This document shows positions 32,265 through 42,633 of a stretch of 64,000 bases of DNA, one piece after another (the stretch's first letter is position 1; each line of letters starts with the position of its first letter). The translations under genes and the position numbers were made by a program. The notes beneath the pieces were generated by a model that saw only the letters and a list, made by a program, of their open reading frames with translations, made no database searches and was not told where the DNA came from. Origin of the DNA: Candidatus Pelagibacter sp. (GTDB lineage: Bacteria; Pseudomonadota; Alphaproteobacteria; Pelagibacterales; Pelagibacteraceae); contig NZ_JBNAKG010000001.1 of the NCBI RefSeq assembly GCF_052048095.1, positions 193,300 through 257,299 of the forward strand, given 5' to 3'.

Positions 32265-32525
32265 ATAATAATTATATAATAATAGATTGTATTAGTATTA
32301 AGTAATGTGAATAACGTTAATTATTTATTATCAACATTTTATACATGAGTTATTTAATAATTATTTAATATTTTACGAGCTTTTTTGAAATTAATTAAAT
32401 TTTTGTATATCTTTCATACAGTATTTTATAAATGTTAATAAAATGCTCATTTTACAACAGATTATGATTAAAAATAAATTTGTTTAATTTAATTAAAATA
32501 TTACAAAGTTATTAACAAGATATAC
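32265..32525. other. Probable chromosomal replication origin (oriC)
   Basis: Largest intergenic gap in the window, extremely AT-rich, between hemE and the DUF299 gene (the Caulobacter Cori position). DnaA-box-like 9-mers at 32306-32314 (TTATTCACA, minus), 32328-32336 (TTATCAACA), 32433-32441 and 32509-32517 (TTATTAACA). Confidence 0.8.
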
Positions 32526-33356
32526 ATGAGTAATACTTATCAAATTTTCCTAATTTCTGATTCAACTGGGGAGACATTAGATAGAATTTTTTTGTCATTA
32601 AAAGCACAATTTCAAAATATTGAATATAAAGTTAATTCTTATTCTTTTACTAGAACGGAAAATCAAGTTTTAAAAATTCTTGATTTAGCTATGAAAGAAA
32701 AAAACTCAATAATATTGTACACAATTGTTGATAACAATTTGGCTAAATTTCTTGCAAATAAAAGCGATGAAATGAGAATTCCGTGTTTTGGAGTTTTGGG
32801 TAGTTTAATATTAAGTTTTTCAAAATTATTTAATCAAAAAGCTTCACATGAACCAAGCGGTCAGCATGTACTTAATGAAGAATATTATAATAGAATAGAA
32901 GCTATTCAATTCACCATGAATCATGATGATGGAAACTTAATAACCGATATTGATAAATCAGATATAATTTTACTAGGTGTTAGTAGAACTAGTAAAACAC
33001 CAACATCTATTTATTTAGCAAACAAAGGACTTAAAACAGCAAATATACCACTTGTAAATCAATTGTCTGTACCAGAATTTTTGAAAAAAAGCCCAGATAA
33101 ATTTTGTGTTATAGGTTTGACCACTGAGGCTGAGAGGTTAGTTGATATTAGAAAAAACAGAATGAATTCGCTTAAAGAAATAAAAAACCAAGATTATACA
33201 AATTTAGAAAAAATTAAAATGGAAATTTCTGATGCAAAAGAAATGTTTAAAAAATATAAATGGCCTACAATTGATGTTACTCGAAAATCAGTTGAAGAAA
33301 CAGCGGCTTCAGTTATTAAAATTCACGAAATTTATCTAAGCAAAAAAAATGGATAA
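32526..33356 (+). CDS. PEP synthase / pyruvate-phosphate dikinase regulatory protein (kinase/pyrophosphorylase, DUF299)
   Basis: ISDSTGET, HDDG, LGVSRTSKTPTSIYLA, IDVTRKSVEETA. Confidence 0.93.
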   Translation: MSNTYQIFLISDSTGETLDRIFLSLKAQFQNIEYKVNSYSFTRTENQVLKILDLAMKEKNSIILYTIVDNNLAKFLANKSDEMRIPCFGVLGSLILSFSKLFNQKASHEPSGQHVLNEEYYNRIEAIQFTMNHDDGNLITDIDKSDIILLGVSRTSKTPTSIYLANKGLKTANIPLVNQLSVPEFLKKSPDKFCVIGLTTEAERLVDIRKNRMNSLKEIKNQDYTNLEKIKMEISDAKEMFKKYKWPTIDVTRKSVEETAASVIKIHEIYLSKKNG

Positions 33357-33939
33357 AAAAATTATATTAGCATCTAAAAGCAAAGTAAGAAAAGATATAC
33401 TTAATAATAATGGTATTTTATGCCAAGTAGAACCATCTAATGTTGATGAAGACATTATAAAAGAGAGTCTAGAGAAACAAAAGGCGTCACCAGAAATTGT
33501 GTCAAAAAATTTAGCAGAATTAAAAGCAAATAAAGTTAGCCAAAGATTTTTAAATGAATATGTATTAGGAGCTGATAGTGTAATTGATTTAAAAGGCAAA
33601 GTGATTTCAAAACCAACTAATAGAGAAGAAGCTTTTAAAATTCTTAAAAGTCTTAATGGTGAAGTTCATTATTTAATAAGCTCTGTTTGTATTTCTAAAG
33701 GAGGATCAATGGTCTGGAATTATACAGATAAAGCCTCATTAACCATGAAAGACATGTCTGACGATGAATTGAAAGATTATTTATCTAAGATCAGTGATGA
33801 AGCTTTATATGCATATAATGTATATCAAATAGAAGGTTTAGGTAGAAGTTTATTTTCTAAAATTGAGGGGAATGAAAACACAATTATGGGACTGCCCGTG
33901 GAAAAAATTAAAGAATATTTAAATTTAAACAATGAGTAA
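33349..33939 (+). CDS. maf: Maf-family nucleotide pyrophosphatase
   Basis: IILASKS..R, GADSV, KP, TIMGLP. Confidence 0.88.
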   Translation: MDKKIILASKSKVRKDILNNNGILCQVEPSNVDEDIIKESLEKQKASPEIVSKNLAELKANKVSQRFLNEYVLGADSVIDLKGKVISKPTNREEAFKILKSLNGEVHYLISSVCISKGGSMVWNYTDKASLTMKDMSDDELKDYLSKISDEALYAYNVYQIEGLGRSLFSKIEGNENTIMGLPVEKIKEYLNLNNE

Positions 33940-34732
33940 AAAGTTTTTAATTTTAGGAAATCCAGTTGAACATTCATTGTCACCAAAAATACATAATTTT
34001 TGGTTTAAAAAATATAACATTGATGCCATTTATGAAAAAAAAGAAGCGAAAGAAATAGAATTACCAGATATTGTTAAAGAAATTAAAGAAGGAAAAATAG
34101 ATGGCGCAAATGTAACCGTTCCATTTAAACAAAAGATAATTCCACATTTAGATGATTTAAGTGAACGATCTAAAAACACTAAATCAGTAAACACAATTTA
34201 CAAAAATGGAAATAAAATAATTGGTGACAATACTGATATTTATGGTTTTGCACAGTCTTTGAAAAATAATTCATTAAACTTATTAGATAAAATAGCATTA
34301 ATTATAGGAGCGGGTGGTGTAGCCCCGTCGATAATTACGGCCTTAGAAAATATAGGTGTAAAAAAAATATTTATTAAAAATAGAACTTATAAAAAAATTG
34401 AAAATTTAAAAAAAGAGTTTCCAAGAATAGAATTATTAGAATGGGATATGCATATAAATTTTGATATTGTAATTAACGCGACCAGTCTTGGCTTAAAAGA
34501 AGAAGACAAAATTAATTTAAATTTTGATGATATAAATGGTCAAAAAATTTTTTATGATACGATTTATAATCCACCAATGACAAATTTTCTAAAAAAAGCC
34601 AAAGAGAAAGAGCACATAATTATTAATGGAAAGTTAATGTTATTTCTACAAGCACAAAAAGCATTTGAAATATGGACTAAAATATTACCAGAATTAAACG
34701 AGGAATTTCTAGAACATTTAAAAAATGATTAA
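33932..34732 (+). CDS. aroE: Shikimate dehydrogenase
   Basis: HSLSP, GANVTVPFK, GDNTD, GAGG, INATSLG. Confidence 0.95.
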   Translation: MSKKFLILGNPVEHSLSPKIHNFWFKKYNIDAIYEKKEAKEIELPDIVKEIKEGKIDGANVTVPFKQKIIPHLDDLSERSKNTKSVNTIYKNGNKIIGDNTDIYGFAQSLKNNSLNLLDKIALIIGAGGVAPSIITALENIGVKKIFIKNRTYKKIENLKKEFPRIELLEWDMHINFDIVINATSLGLKEEDKINLNFDDINGQKIFYDTIYNPPMTNFLKKAKEKEHIIINGKLMLFLQAQKAFEIWTKILPELNEEFLEHLKND

Positions 34733-35297
34733 AGTAGCTTTAGTAGGAAGTGTAGGTGCAGGCAAAAGTTATATTTCGAGTTTGTTTGGATATCCAATTT
34801 TTAATGCCGATATTGAAGTATCAAAAATTTATCAAAAGGACAGAAGCTGTTATTTAAAATTAAAAAAAACTTTTCCCAGAGAAGAGTTTTCTTTTCCTAT
34901 CAAAAAAGAAGAGCTTACAAAATGTATACTTTCAAATGACAATAATCTTAAGAAAATTTCAAAAATTGTTCATCCGATTGTTAGAAGAAAATTAAATTTT
35001 TTTTTAAAAAGTAATCACAAAAAAAAGTGCGTAATACTTGATATTCCACTTTATTTAGAAAATAAACTTAACGTAAAGGGTGATATTATAGTTTTTATTA
35101 AGTCAAAAAAAACAGAGATTGAAAAAAGACTTAAAAAAAGAAGAAGCTTTAATAGTAAATTACTAAAGTTATTTAGAAATTACCAACTTCCTTCAAATGA
35201 AAAAAAAAAGAGATCTAAATTTATAATAAATAATAATTTTACAAAAAGAAATGTGATTAAAGAAATAAGTAGAGTAAAATCAGAAATCGGAATATGA
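34725..35297 (+). CDS. coaE: Dephospho-CoA kinase
   Basis: P-loop GSVGAGKS, IVHP, DIPL; aroE-coaE-dnaQ synteny. Confidence 0.88.
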   Translation: MIKVALVGSVGAGKSYISSLFGYPIFNADIEVSKIYQKDRSCYLKLKKTFPREEFSFPIKKEELTKCILSNDNNLKKISKIVHPIVRRKLNFFLKSNHKKKCVILDIPLYLENKLNVKGDIIVFIKSKKTEIEKRLKKRRSFNSKLLKLFRNYQLPSNEKKKRSKFIINNNFTKRNVIKEISRVKSEIGI

Positions 35298-35959
35298 AAA
35301 AAGAAGTAGTATTGGATACAGAGACAACAGGCCTAAGTGTTAAAGAAGGTCATAGAATTGTAGAAATAGGATGTATTGAAATTGAAAATTTAATACCAAC
35401 AAAAAAAAATTTTCATTGTTATCTAAATCCAGAGAGAAAAGTTTCAGAACAAGCATTTGAAGTTCATGGCTATTCAGACGATTTTCTATCTAAACAAAAA
35501 AAGTTCGCAGAAGTTGCTGATGAATTTTTAGAGTTCATAGACGGCAAAAGGTTAGTAATTCATAATGCAGAATTTGATTTAGGACACTTGAACAATGAAT
35601 TGTTAATTTTAGGCAAAAAAAAAATTAATAATGAAATTGTAGACACTTTAGTTTTGGCTCGTGATAAATTTCCAGGTTCATCAATTAATTTAGACTCGCT
35701 TTGTAAAAGATACCGAATAGATAATTCTAGGAGAACAAAGCATACAGCTTTAATTGATTGTGATCTATTAGCCAAGGTTTACATTAACTTACTTGATCAA
35801 AAAGAACCCACTTTAGATTTTCAAAGTGAAAAAAAAATTACAGAAAATAATAATGAAAAAATTCAATATTATAAGAAAGTTATAAAACCATCAGATAAAG
35901 AAATTTCTTTACATCAGGCTTATTTGAAAAATAATTTAAAAAAAAATTATTTTAATTAA
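35294..35959 (+). CDS. dnaQ: DNA polymerase III subunit epsilon
   Basis: LDTETTG, HNAEFD, HTALID. Confidence 0.96.
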   Translation: MKKEVVLDTETTGLSVKEGHRIVEIGCIEIENLIPTKKNFHCYLNPERKVSEQAFEVHGYSDDFLSKQKKFAEVADEFLEFIDGKRLVIHNAEFDLGHLNNELLILGKKKINNEIVDTLVLARDKFPGSSINLDSLCKRYRIDNSRRTKHTALIDCDLLAKVYINLLDQKEPTLDFQSEKKITENNNEKIQYYKKVIKPSDKEISLHQAYLKNNLKKNYFN

Positions 35960-36374
35960 ATCGTTCGTTGTAAAGTTTTTCAAAATCTACTTTTTTTTCT
36001 AATTTGATTTCAGGATATCCTGAGTTGTGCAATAAATCTAGAAAACATTTTTCTATTTGAGGAAAAATTTTATTTTGAACATCACATAAAATTATTTTTT
36101 CTAATTCTTTTTTTTCATCAACAGTGTCTTCAGCCCTTATGATAGTTGCATATACAATTTCAAAAAAAGATTTCTTTTCACTTATTTCTTTGTCTTCGAA
36201 CTTCAATGTAGTGTTAATTTCTATCATTCTATTCTTTAAAGCCTTTGATGTAATATCGATATTTAGCAAATACTTTGAGATATTGTCTTTTACATAAATA
36301 TAAGTTTCTACATCTGGCGTTTCGCTAGACAAGTCTTTCACATACTGGCTTAATATTTTATATTTTTCTGTCAT
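35952..36374 (-). CDS. secB: Protein-export chaperone SecB
   Basis: QYVKDLSSETP, C-terminal VDFEKLY; next to fxsA. Confidence 0.85.
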   Translation of the reverse strand: MTEKYKILSQYVKDLSSETPDVETYIYVKDNISKYLLNIDITSKALKNRMIEINTTLKFEDKEISEKKSFFEIVYATIIRAEDTVDEKKELEKIILCDVQNKIFPQIEKCFLDLLHNSGYPEIKLEKKVDFEKLYNERFN

Positions 36375-36783
36375 TGTCGTCTTCTATATCCTCAAATTCT
36401 CCATCTATATAATTTTTTTTTTCATAATTTTTTTTATTATATTTTTTACTAATTTTTCCAAATAATAATCTTCTAGTGGGTGGAAATATTAATAAAAATC
36501 CAAGAAAATCTGTTGCAAAACCAGGTATGATTAGGAGTAATGCGCCAATAGCTATTGCTGCTCCAGAAATAAGCTCATATGCTGGAGTTTGGTTTCTAAC
36601 CATATTTGATACCCCGGATTTGATAACGCTTAAACCTTCGTGTTTTGCGTAATAAACACCTACCAAGGCAGTTATAAATATTAATAAAATTGTTTTGAAA
36701 GCTCCAATTTGTGAGCCAATTTTAATAAATAAATAAATTTCTATAATTGGAATTGAAATAATTGAAAATAGGAGAGCGTTCAT
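36358..36783 (-). CDS. fxsA: FxsA membrane protein
   Basis: PIIEI, LLIIPGFATDFLG, YIDGEFED tail. Confidence 0.9.
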   Translation of the reverse strand: MNALLFSIISIPIIEIYLFIKIGSQIGAFKTILLIFITALVGVYYAKHEGLSVIKSGVSNMVRNQTPAYELISGAAIAIGALLLIIPGFATDFLGFLLIFPPTRRLLFGKISKKYNKKNYEKKNYIDGEFEDIEDDNDRKI

Positions 36784-36840
36784 TTGACTTTAATGTAATT
36801 TGTTAGTTGAAATAATCAACATAGTAATTACTATTAGGTT

Positions 36841-37437
36841 ATGAATTATAGCTTTGAATATATCGATATTCTTTTATTGGCCATGATTGCAGGTTTTATC
36901 TTTTTAAGATTAAGAGGAATTCTTGGAAGAAGAACAGGTTACGATGGAGAGCCGGCAGCACAATTTGAAAAAATTTTAAAAGATGTTCAACCAGAGAAAC
37001 AGGCCCCGCAAAGAGAAAATTTTGATGATGTAGCTCAAAAGGAATTTTTAAATGGTGCTAAAATAGCATATGAGACTATTATTACTGATTTTAGTGATAA
37101 CGACAATAAAATTACAACAAGCAAACCTTTGTTGAGTAAAGAGATTTATAATCAGTTTGATGAGGCACTAAGAGAAAGAGACAAAAGAGGGCATAGAGCG
37201 GACATAACTTTTATTGGGGTAAATTCTGCTACTATTAAAGAACACAAAAAAGAGGACAACTTCTTAAAAGTCACTGTAGACTTTGTTAGTGAGGTAATTA
37301 CTTGCATAAAAGATAAAGAGAACAAAATTATTTCAGGAGACCCTGAGAAAATAAAAAAAATTTATGATACTTGGGTTTTCTCTAGAGACACAAAATCTAA
37401 TAACCCTAATTGGCAATTAATCGAAACACTAACTTAA
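36841..37437 (+). CDS. Tim44/TimA-family inner membrane adaptor
   Basis: FIFLRLRGILGRRTG, FLNGAKIAYE, DTWVFSRD, NPNWQL. Confidence 0.88.
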   Translation: MNYSFEYIDILLLAMIAGFIFLRLRGILGRRTGYDGEPAAQFEKILKDVQPEKQAPQRENFDDVAQKEFLNGAKIAYETIITDFSDNDNKITTSKPLLSKEIYNQFDEALRERDKRGHRADITFIGVNSATIKEHKKEDNFLKVTVDFVSEVITCIKDKENKIISGDPEKIKKIYDTWVFSRDTKSNNPNWQLIETLT

Positions 37438-37854
37438 TTGAGTAAAATTTCAGATAAAGATAAAAAAGATTGGCAAGATTTTTTATCTAAAAATGAAAAG
37501 TTACCAAATAAAGACATCATAAAGACAAATTCTTTAGTTTTTAGAAGCACCGAAATAGATTTGCATGGATTCACTCTTGATGATGCAAATAAAGAAATAG
37601 AAAAACTTATTTATGAATGTTTTAATAATGGCTTTAATAAAATAAGAGTAGTCACTGGAAAAGGTCTCCACTCTAATAATGAACAAGATCCGTATGTTTC
37701 TAAAGATCTAAGTATTCTGAGATACTCTGTACCCGAATTTATTAAGAATAATATTGAACTTATGAAATTGATTAATGAATTTAAAGAAGCACCAGTGGAG
37801 GACGGCGGCGAAGGTGCATTTTATATTCTGTTAAAAAAGAAAAAAATAATATAA
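37438..37854 (+). CDS. Smr/MutS2-domain protein
   Basis: EIDLHG, VVTGKG, DGGEGAFY; TTG start. Confidence 0.88.
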   Translation: MSKISDKDKKDWQDFLSKNEKLPNKDIIKTNSLVFRSTEIDLHGFTLDDANKEIEKLIYECFNNGFNKIRVVTGKGLHSNNEQDPYVSKDLSILRYSVPEFIKNNIELMKLINEFKEAPVEDGGEGAFYILLKKKKII

Positions 37855-37863
37855 TTTTATATA

Positions 37864-38700
37864 ATGCTAATTTGGTTAGCTTCATATCCTAAAAGTGGAA
37901 ATACACTTATGCGAGCAATGTTAGCTTCTTATTTTTTTTCTCAAGACGGTAAGTTTAATTTTGAATTATTGCCTAATATCAAACAATTTCCGTCCAATCA
38001 ATTTTTAAAAAACCTCAATATTGATATAAAGAATGATGACGAAGTTCTTAAAAATTATATAAATGCTCAATCTAAGTTTAACAAAAAAAAAGCAATTCAA
38101 TTTGTAAAAACGCATTGTGGTTTTAATAAAGTCAACGGATACAGTTTTACTAATTTTGATATAACATTAGGTGCAATTTATATAATAAGGGATCCAAGGA
38201 ATTTAGTTGAGTCATTTTCTCGACATTACAGCTTTTCAATTGATCAATCAGTGGATTTCCTGATAAACGGTTTAATACTTCCAAGAAATGAAAAACGTCC
38301 ATTAACTGTTGTTGGTTCTTGGAGAGAAAATTTTGAGTCTTGGAAATCTTTGGAACAATCTAGTAGATTTTTATTAGTTAAATATGAAGATATAGTGAGT
38401 AATAAAAGATTAACTCTAAAAAAAATCTTGAATTTTATAAAAAAACTATCCGGTTCAAATTTCTTAATCGATGATGAAAAAATTAAAAATGTCTGCGATT
38501 CAACAAGTTTTGAAAATATGAAAAAAATGGAAGAAAATAATGGTTTTATAGAAGCTCAAATTGATGAAAAAACTAATAAAAAAATTAAATTTTTTGAACT
38601 TGGGCCTGATGTAGATAGAAAAGATTTAGTTAAATCAAAAAATATAAACAAAATAGAAAAGCACTATAAAAAAGAATTAAAATATTTTGGCTATATTTAA
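37864..38700 (+). CDS. Sulfotransferase (cytosolic SULT-like family)
   Basis: 5'-PSB WLASYPKSGNT, FVKTH, 3'-PB IIRDPRNLVES, VKYED. Confidence 0.85.
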   Translation: MLIWLASYPKSGNTLMRAMLASYFFSQDGKFNFELLPNIKQFPSNQFLKNLNIDIKNDDEVLKNYINAQSKFNKKKAIQFVKTHCGFNKVNGYSFTNFDITLGAIYIIRDPRNLVESFSRHYSFSIDQSVDFLINGLILPRNEKRPLTVVGSWRENFESWKSLEQSSRFLLVKYEDIVSNKRLTLKKILNFIKKLSGSNFLIDDEKIKNVCDSTSFENMKKMEENNGFIEAQIDEKTNKKIKFFELGPDVDRKDLVKSKNINKIEKHYKKELKYFGYI

Positions 38701-38701
38701 A

Positions 38702-40078
38702 TTATAAAATAAATTTGGATAAGTCTGTGTCTTTAACTAATGTATCCAAATTTTTATCAATATAAGTTTTGTCAATTATGATCTTTTCACCAGATCTATC
38801 AGTAGCGGTAAAACTAATATCGTCTAAAATTTTTTCAATGATAGTATGAAGTCTACGAGCCCCAATATTTTCTACTGTTGCATTTACCTCTGATGCTATA
38901 TTTGCAATTCTATCAATTCCATCTTCAGAAAATTCCAGTTCAACATTTTCTGTTTTTAGAAGAGCTACATATTGCTTGATTAAGCTGTAGTCGGGTTCTT
39001 GAAGAATTCTTTTAAAATCCTCACTTGTTAATGCCTCTAGCTCTACTCTTATAGGTAATCTTCCTTGAAGTTCTGGTAATAAATCTGAGGGCTTAGCTAA
39101 TTGAAACGCACCTGATGCTATAAACAAAATATGATCAGTTTTAATTGGACCATATTTAGTATTTACAGTTGTTCCTTCAATCAAAGGTAAAAGATCTCTT
39201 TGTACACCTTCTCTAGAAACATCTCCACCAACTCTATCTGTTCTTGCTGAGATTTTGTCTATTTCATCTAAAAACACTATTCCATTATTTTCAGTTGAAA
39301 TTTTCGCTGCTTTAATAATTTTGTCTTGTTCAATAAGTTTATCACTTTCTTCATTTATTAAAATTTCATGCGATTCTTTTACAGTCATTTTCTTCTTCTT
39401 TTCTTTAGGACCCATTGATTTTCCTAGCATATCACTGATGTTAATCATGCCTATATTCGCTCCAGGCATTCCCGGAATTTCAAAAGAAGCTCCATTACCA
39501 GTACCACTATCACTTACTGAAATTTCAATTTCATTATTATCAAGATCACCATTTCTAAGTCTTTGTCTGAAGCTTTCTCTAGTCGCAGGACTTGCTTTTT
39601 TTCCAACAAGTGCATCTAAAACTTTTTCTTCAGCCATTTTTTGAGCTTTAGCTTTAACTTCTTTTCTTTTTTTTACTTTCTCCATTGAAATTGCAATTTC
39701 GATCAAATCTCTGACAATTTGCTCAACATCTCTGCCAACGTATCCAACTTCAGTAAATCTTGTTGCCTCAACTTTAACAAAAGGTGCTTCAGCTAATTTT
39801 GATAATCTTCTTGATATTTCTGTTTTTCCTACTCCTGTTGGACCGATCATTAAAATGTTTTTTGGTAAAACTTCATTTTTCATTTCACCCTCTAAAGCTT
39901 GTCTTCGCCATCTATTTCTTAATGCAACAGCAACAGCTCTTTTTGCTTTATTTTGGCCTACAACAAATCTGTCAAGTTCAGAAACTATTTCTCTTGGTGA
40001 TAAGGAGCTTCCTAGTGAAGCTTCATTTTTTTTATCTGTATCTTTAGGATGTAATTGAGTTACGTTTGAATTATCCAT
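38702..40078 (-). CDS. hslU: ATP-dependent protease ATPase subunit HslU
   Basis: [33 protein letters not shown]. Confidence 0.98.
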   Translation of the reverse strand: MDNSNVTQLHPKDTDKKNEASLGSSLSPREIVSELDRFVVGQNKAKRAVAVALRNRWRRQALEGEMKNEVLPKNILMIGPTGVGKTEISRRLSKLAEAPFVKVEATRFTEVGYVGRDVEQIVRDLIEIAISMEKVKKRKEVKAKAQKMAEEKVLDALVGKKASPATRESFRQRLRNGDLDNNEIEISVSDSGTGNGASFEIPGMPGANIGMINISDMLGKSMGPKEKKKKMTVKESHEILINEESDKLIEQDKIIKAAKISTENNGIVFLDEIDKISARTDRVGGDVSREGVQRDLLPLIEGTTVNTKYGPIKTDHILFIASGAFQLAKPSDLLPELQGRLPIRVELEALTSEDFKRILQEPDYSLIKQYVALLKTENVELEFSEDGIDRIANIASEVNATVENIGARRLHTIIEKILDDISFTATDRSGEKIIIDKTYIDKNLDTLVKDTDLSKFIL

Positions 40079-40593
40079 TATATTTTTTCTATTTTGACAT
40101 TATCATTTGTGAATACACAAATATCAGCAGCAACTTTAATAGCTTTTTTTGCTACTTCTTCTGCAGACATGTCTGTTTCCATTAAAACTTTTCCAGCAGC
40201 TAAGGCGTAATTTCCACCAGAACCAATACCAATTACATCACCTTCTGGCTCTAATACATCTCCTGTTCCAGAAATTATATAACTATTATTTTTATCTCCT
40301 ACCGCCATTAATGCTTCTAGTCTTCTTAAATATTTGTCAGTTCGCCAATCTTTTGCCAACTCCACAGCAGCTCTAGAAAGATTACCTGCATGTTTTTCAA
40401 GTTTGCCCTCTAATCTTTCAAATAATGTCAGTGCATCTGCAGTTGATCCTGCAAAGCCAGCAACTACATCTCTTTTTTCAATTTTTCTAACTTTTGATGC
40501 TGTGCTTTTTACAACAGTATTTCCCATGCTAACCTGTCCATCACCAGCTACTACCACATCTTTATTTTTTCGCACTAATACGATTGTTGTCAT
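40078..40593 (-). CDS. hslV: ATP-dependent protease subunit HslV
   Basis: MTTIV (N-terminal Thr nucleophile), [18 protein letters not shown]. Confidence 0.98.
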   Translation of the reverse strand: MTTIVLVRKNKDVVVAGDGQVSMGNTVVKSTASKVRKIEKRDVVAGFAGSTADALTLFERLEGKLEKHAGNLSRAAVELAKDWRTDKYLRRLEALMAVGDKNNSYIISGTGDVLEPEGDVIGIGSGGNYALAAGKVLMETDMSAEEVAKKAIKVAADICVFTNDNVKIEKI

Positions 40594-40598
40594 GGATA

Positions 40599-40628
40599 AT
40601 ACATGGATATTAATTTTAATTCTTCAAG
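40599..40628 (-). promoter_or_regulatory. Putative RpoH-type promoter of hslVU
   Basis: Minus-strand CTTGAA-N16-CCATGTAT ending 5 nt before the hslV ATG. Confidence 0.55.
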
Positions 40629-40682
40629 TACTGATTACTGATATTGATAAATTCCATAATCTATATATACCTTCATATAGAT

Positions 40683-41273
40683 ATGGCTAGAAAAGGTAAG
40701 ATTGCTAGAAAAACAAAAGAGACCAGCATCAGTGTTGAGGTTAATATTGATGGCAAAGGCAAATATCAAATAGATACAGGCATAGGTTTTTTAGACCATA
40801 TGTTGGAACAATTATCAAAACATTCTCTTATTGATTTAAAAGTAAAAGCAAAAGGTGATACACACATTGATCTTCATCACACCACAGAAGACACAGGTAT
40901 TGCTATAGGTGAAGCATTAAAAAAAGCAGCAAATAAATTTGTTGGCATTAAAAGATACGCACATGCAATGATACCAATGGATGAAACGCTTACAAGAGTT
41001 GCCGTTGATGTTTCTAATAGACCATATTTGATATGGAAGGTTAAAGTAAAAGTTGAGAAACTAGGAGAGATGGATACAGAGCTATTTAAAGAATGGTTTC
41101 AAGCATTTTCTCAAGCAGCCGGAGTAACTTTGCATGTTGAGAATATTTATGGTGAAAATAGCCACCACATTATCGAGTCTTGTTATAAAGGATTAGCAAG
41201 ATCTTTAAGAACCGCACTAGAAATGGATCCACGTAGTAAAAAATCTATTCCATCAACCAAAGGTTCTTTATAA
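40683..41273 (+). CDS. hisB: Imidazoleglycerol-phosphate dehydratase
   Basis: [25 protein letters not shown]. Start moved to the ATG at 40683. Confidence 0.96.
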   Translation: MARKGKIARKTKETSISVEVNIDGKGKYQIDTGIGFLDHMLEQLSKHSLIDLKVKAKGDTHIDLHHTTEDTGIAIGEALKKAANKFVGIKRYAHAMIPMDETLTRVAVDVSNRPYLIWKVKVKVEKLGEMDTELFKEWFQAFSQAAGVTLHVENIYGENSHHIIESCYKGLARSLRTALEMDPRSKKSIPSTKGSL

Positions 41274-41279
41274 AATTTA

Positions 41280-41906
41280 ATGAAAGTCACAATCGTTGAC
41301 TATAATTCTGGAAATATCAGTTCAGTAATTAATTCATTTAAAGAAGTTGCAAAAAATAAAATAGACCTTGAGGTTACCTCAGATCTACAAAAGATAAGAT
41401 CTAGCGATAAACTTGTCTTGCCTGGCCAAGGTTCGTTTAAGAGCTGTGTAGACGCTTTAAATGCTATAAATGGACTTACAGAAGCACTCAGTGAATTTAC
41501 TATAAATGACAAGAAGCCACTTCTTGGAATTTGTGTTGGATTACAAATGTTTGCAGATATTGGTTATGAGGAGACTGAAACAAAAGGTCTTGGTTGGATT
41601 CCAGGAAAAGTTTCAAAAATTGATAATAAAGATGGTATGTTTAAACTGCCTCATATCGGTTGGAATGAAATAAATATTGTTAAAGAAAGTAAAATTTTTA
41701 AAAATTTAGATAAAAATTCTCACATGTATTTTGTTCATAGTTATGAATTTATACCAGATAATAAAAATGTAATCTCCGCAACAACTGATTATTCAACAAA
41801 CATTGTTTGTGCTGTTGAGAAAGAAAATATTTTTGGTACACAATTTCATCCAGAAAAAAGTGATAAATTAGGATTAAAATTAATTGATAATTTTTTGAAT
41901 TTATAA
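41280..41906 (+). CDS. hisH: Imidazole glycerol phosphate synthase glutaminase subunit
   Basis: LPGQG, GICVGLQ, PHIGWN, QFHPEKS. Confidence 0.96.
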   Translation: MKVTIVDYNSGNISSVINSFKEVAKNKIDLEVTSDLQKIRSSDKLVLPGQGSFKSCVDALNAINGLTEALSEFTINDKKPLLGICVGLQMFADIGYEETETKGLGWIPGKVSKIDNKDGMFKLPHIGWNEINIVKESKIFKNLDKNSHMYFVHSYEFIPDNKNVISATTDYSTNIVCAVEKENIFGTQFHPEKSDKLGLKLIDNFLNL

Positions 41907-41907
41907 A

Positions 41908-42633
41908 ATGAAAATATTTCCGGCAATAGACATTAAAGATAAAAAATGTGTTAGATTAATAAAGGGTGACTTTGGAAATAAAACAGATTATGCAATTTCA
42001 CCAATTGAACAAGCAGGTAAGTATAAAGAATATGGTTTTAGAAATTTACATATTGTTGACCTTGATGGTGCGCTTACAGGTAAAACAATAAATTTAGACC
42101 TTATTGCAAAAATAGTAAAAAAGTTTGATATCAAAATTGAGGTAGGAGGTGGAATAAGAAATATTGATAGTATTAAAAAGTATTTAGATACAGGTGTAGA
42201 AAAAATAATTTTAGGTAGTGCGGCAATTAAGGATAAAAAATTTTTAAAAGAAGCGTGCAAAAAATTTCCAGAAAAAATTGCATTAGGATTGGATGCCAAA
42301 AATGGCTATTTATCTGTTTCAGGCTGGAAAGAAAATTCAAATCAATTAACGTTAAATTATTTAAAAGAAGTAAATGATTATGGAGCTAGTAGATTAATTT
42401 ATACTGACATTAATAGAGATGGAATGAAACAAAGCCCTAATTTTTTGGAAACTACCAAAGTAGCTGGTTTATCAAATTGTCCCGTAATTATTTCAGGAGG
42501 AGTTTCTTCAATAGAAGACATAAAAAAAGCCAAAGAATTACAAAATAAGAACATAGAAGGTATTATTGTTGGAAAAGCTATTTATGATGGAGATATAAAA
42601 TTAGAGGAGCTCGCAAAGGAATTAGATGCTTAA
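41908..42633 (+). CDS. hisA: ProFAR isomerase
   Basis: [27 protein letters not shown]. Confidence 0.96.
   Translation: MKIFPAIDIKDKKCVRLIKGDFGNKTDYAISPIEQAGKYKEYGFRNLHIVDLDGALTGKTINLDLIAKIVKKFDIKIEVGGGIRNIDSIKKYLDTGVEKIILGSAAIKDKKFLKEACKKFPEKIALGLDAKNGYLSVSGWKENSNQLTLNYLKEVNDYGASRLIYTDINRDGMKQSPNFLETTKVAGLSNCPVIISGGVSSIEDIKKAKELQNKNIEGIIVGKAIYDGDIKLEELAKELDA

Noticed and set aside
32354-32368. TTAA-N7-TTAA CtrA-like box in oriC
   Set aside because: Very likely by chance in such AT-rich DNA and explained by the tandem TTATTTAATAA repeat; as I recall, ctrA is reported absent from Pelagibacter.
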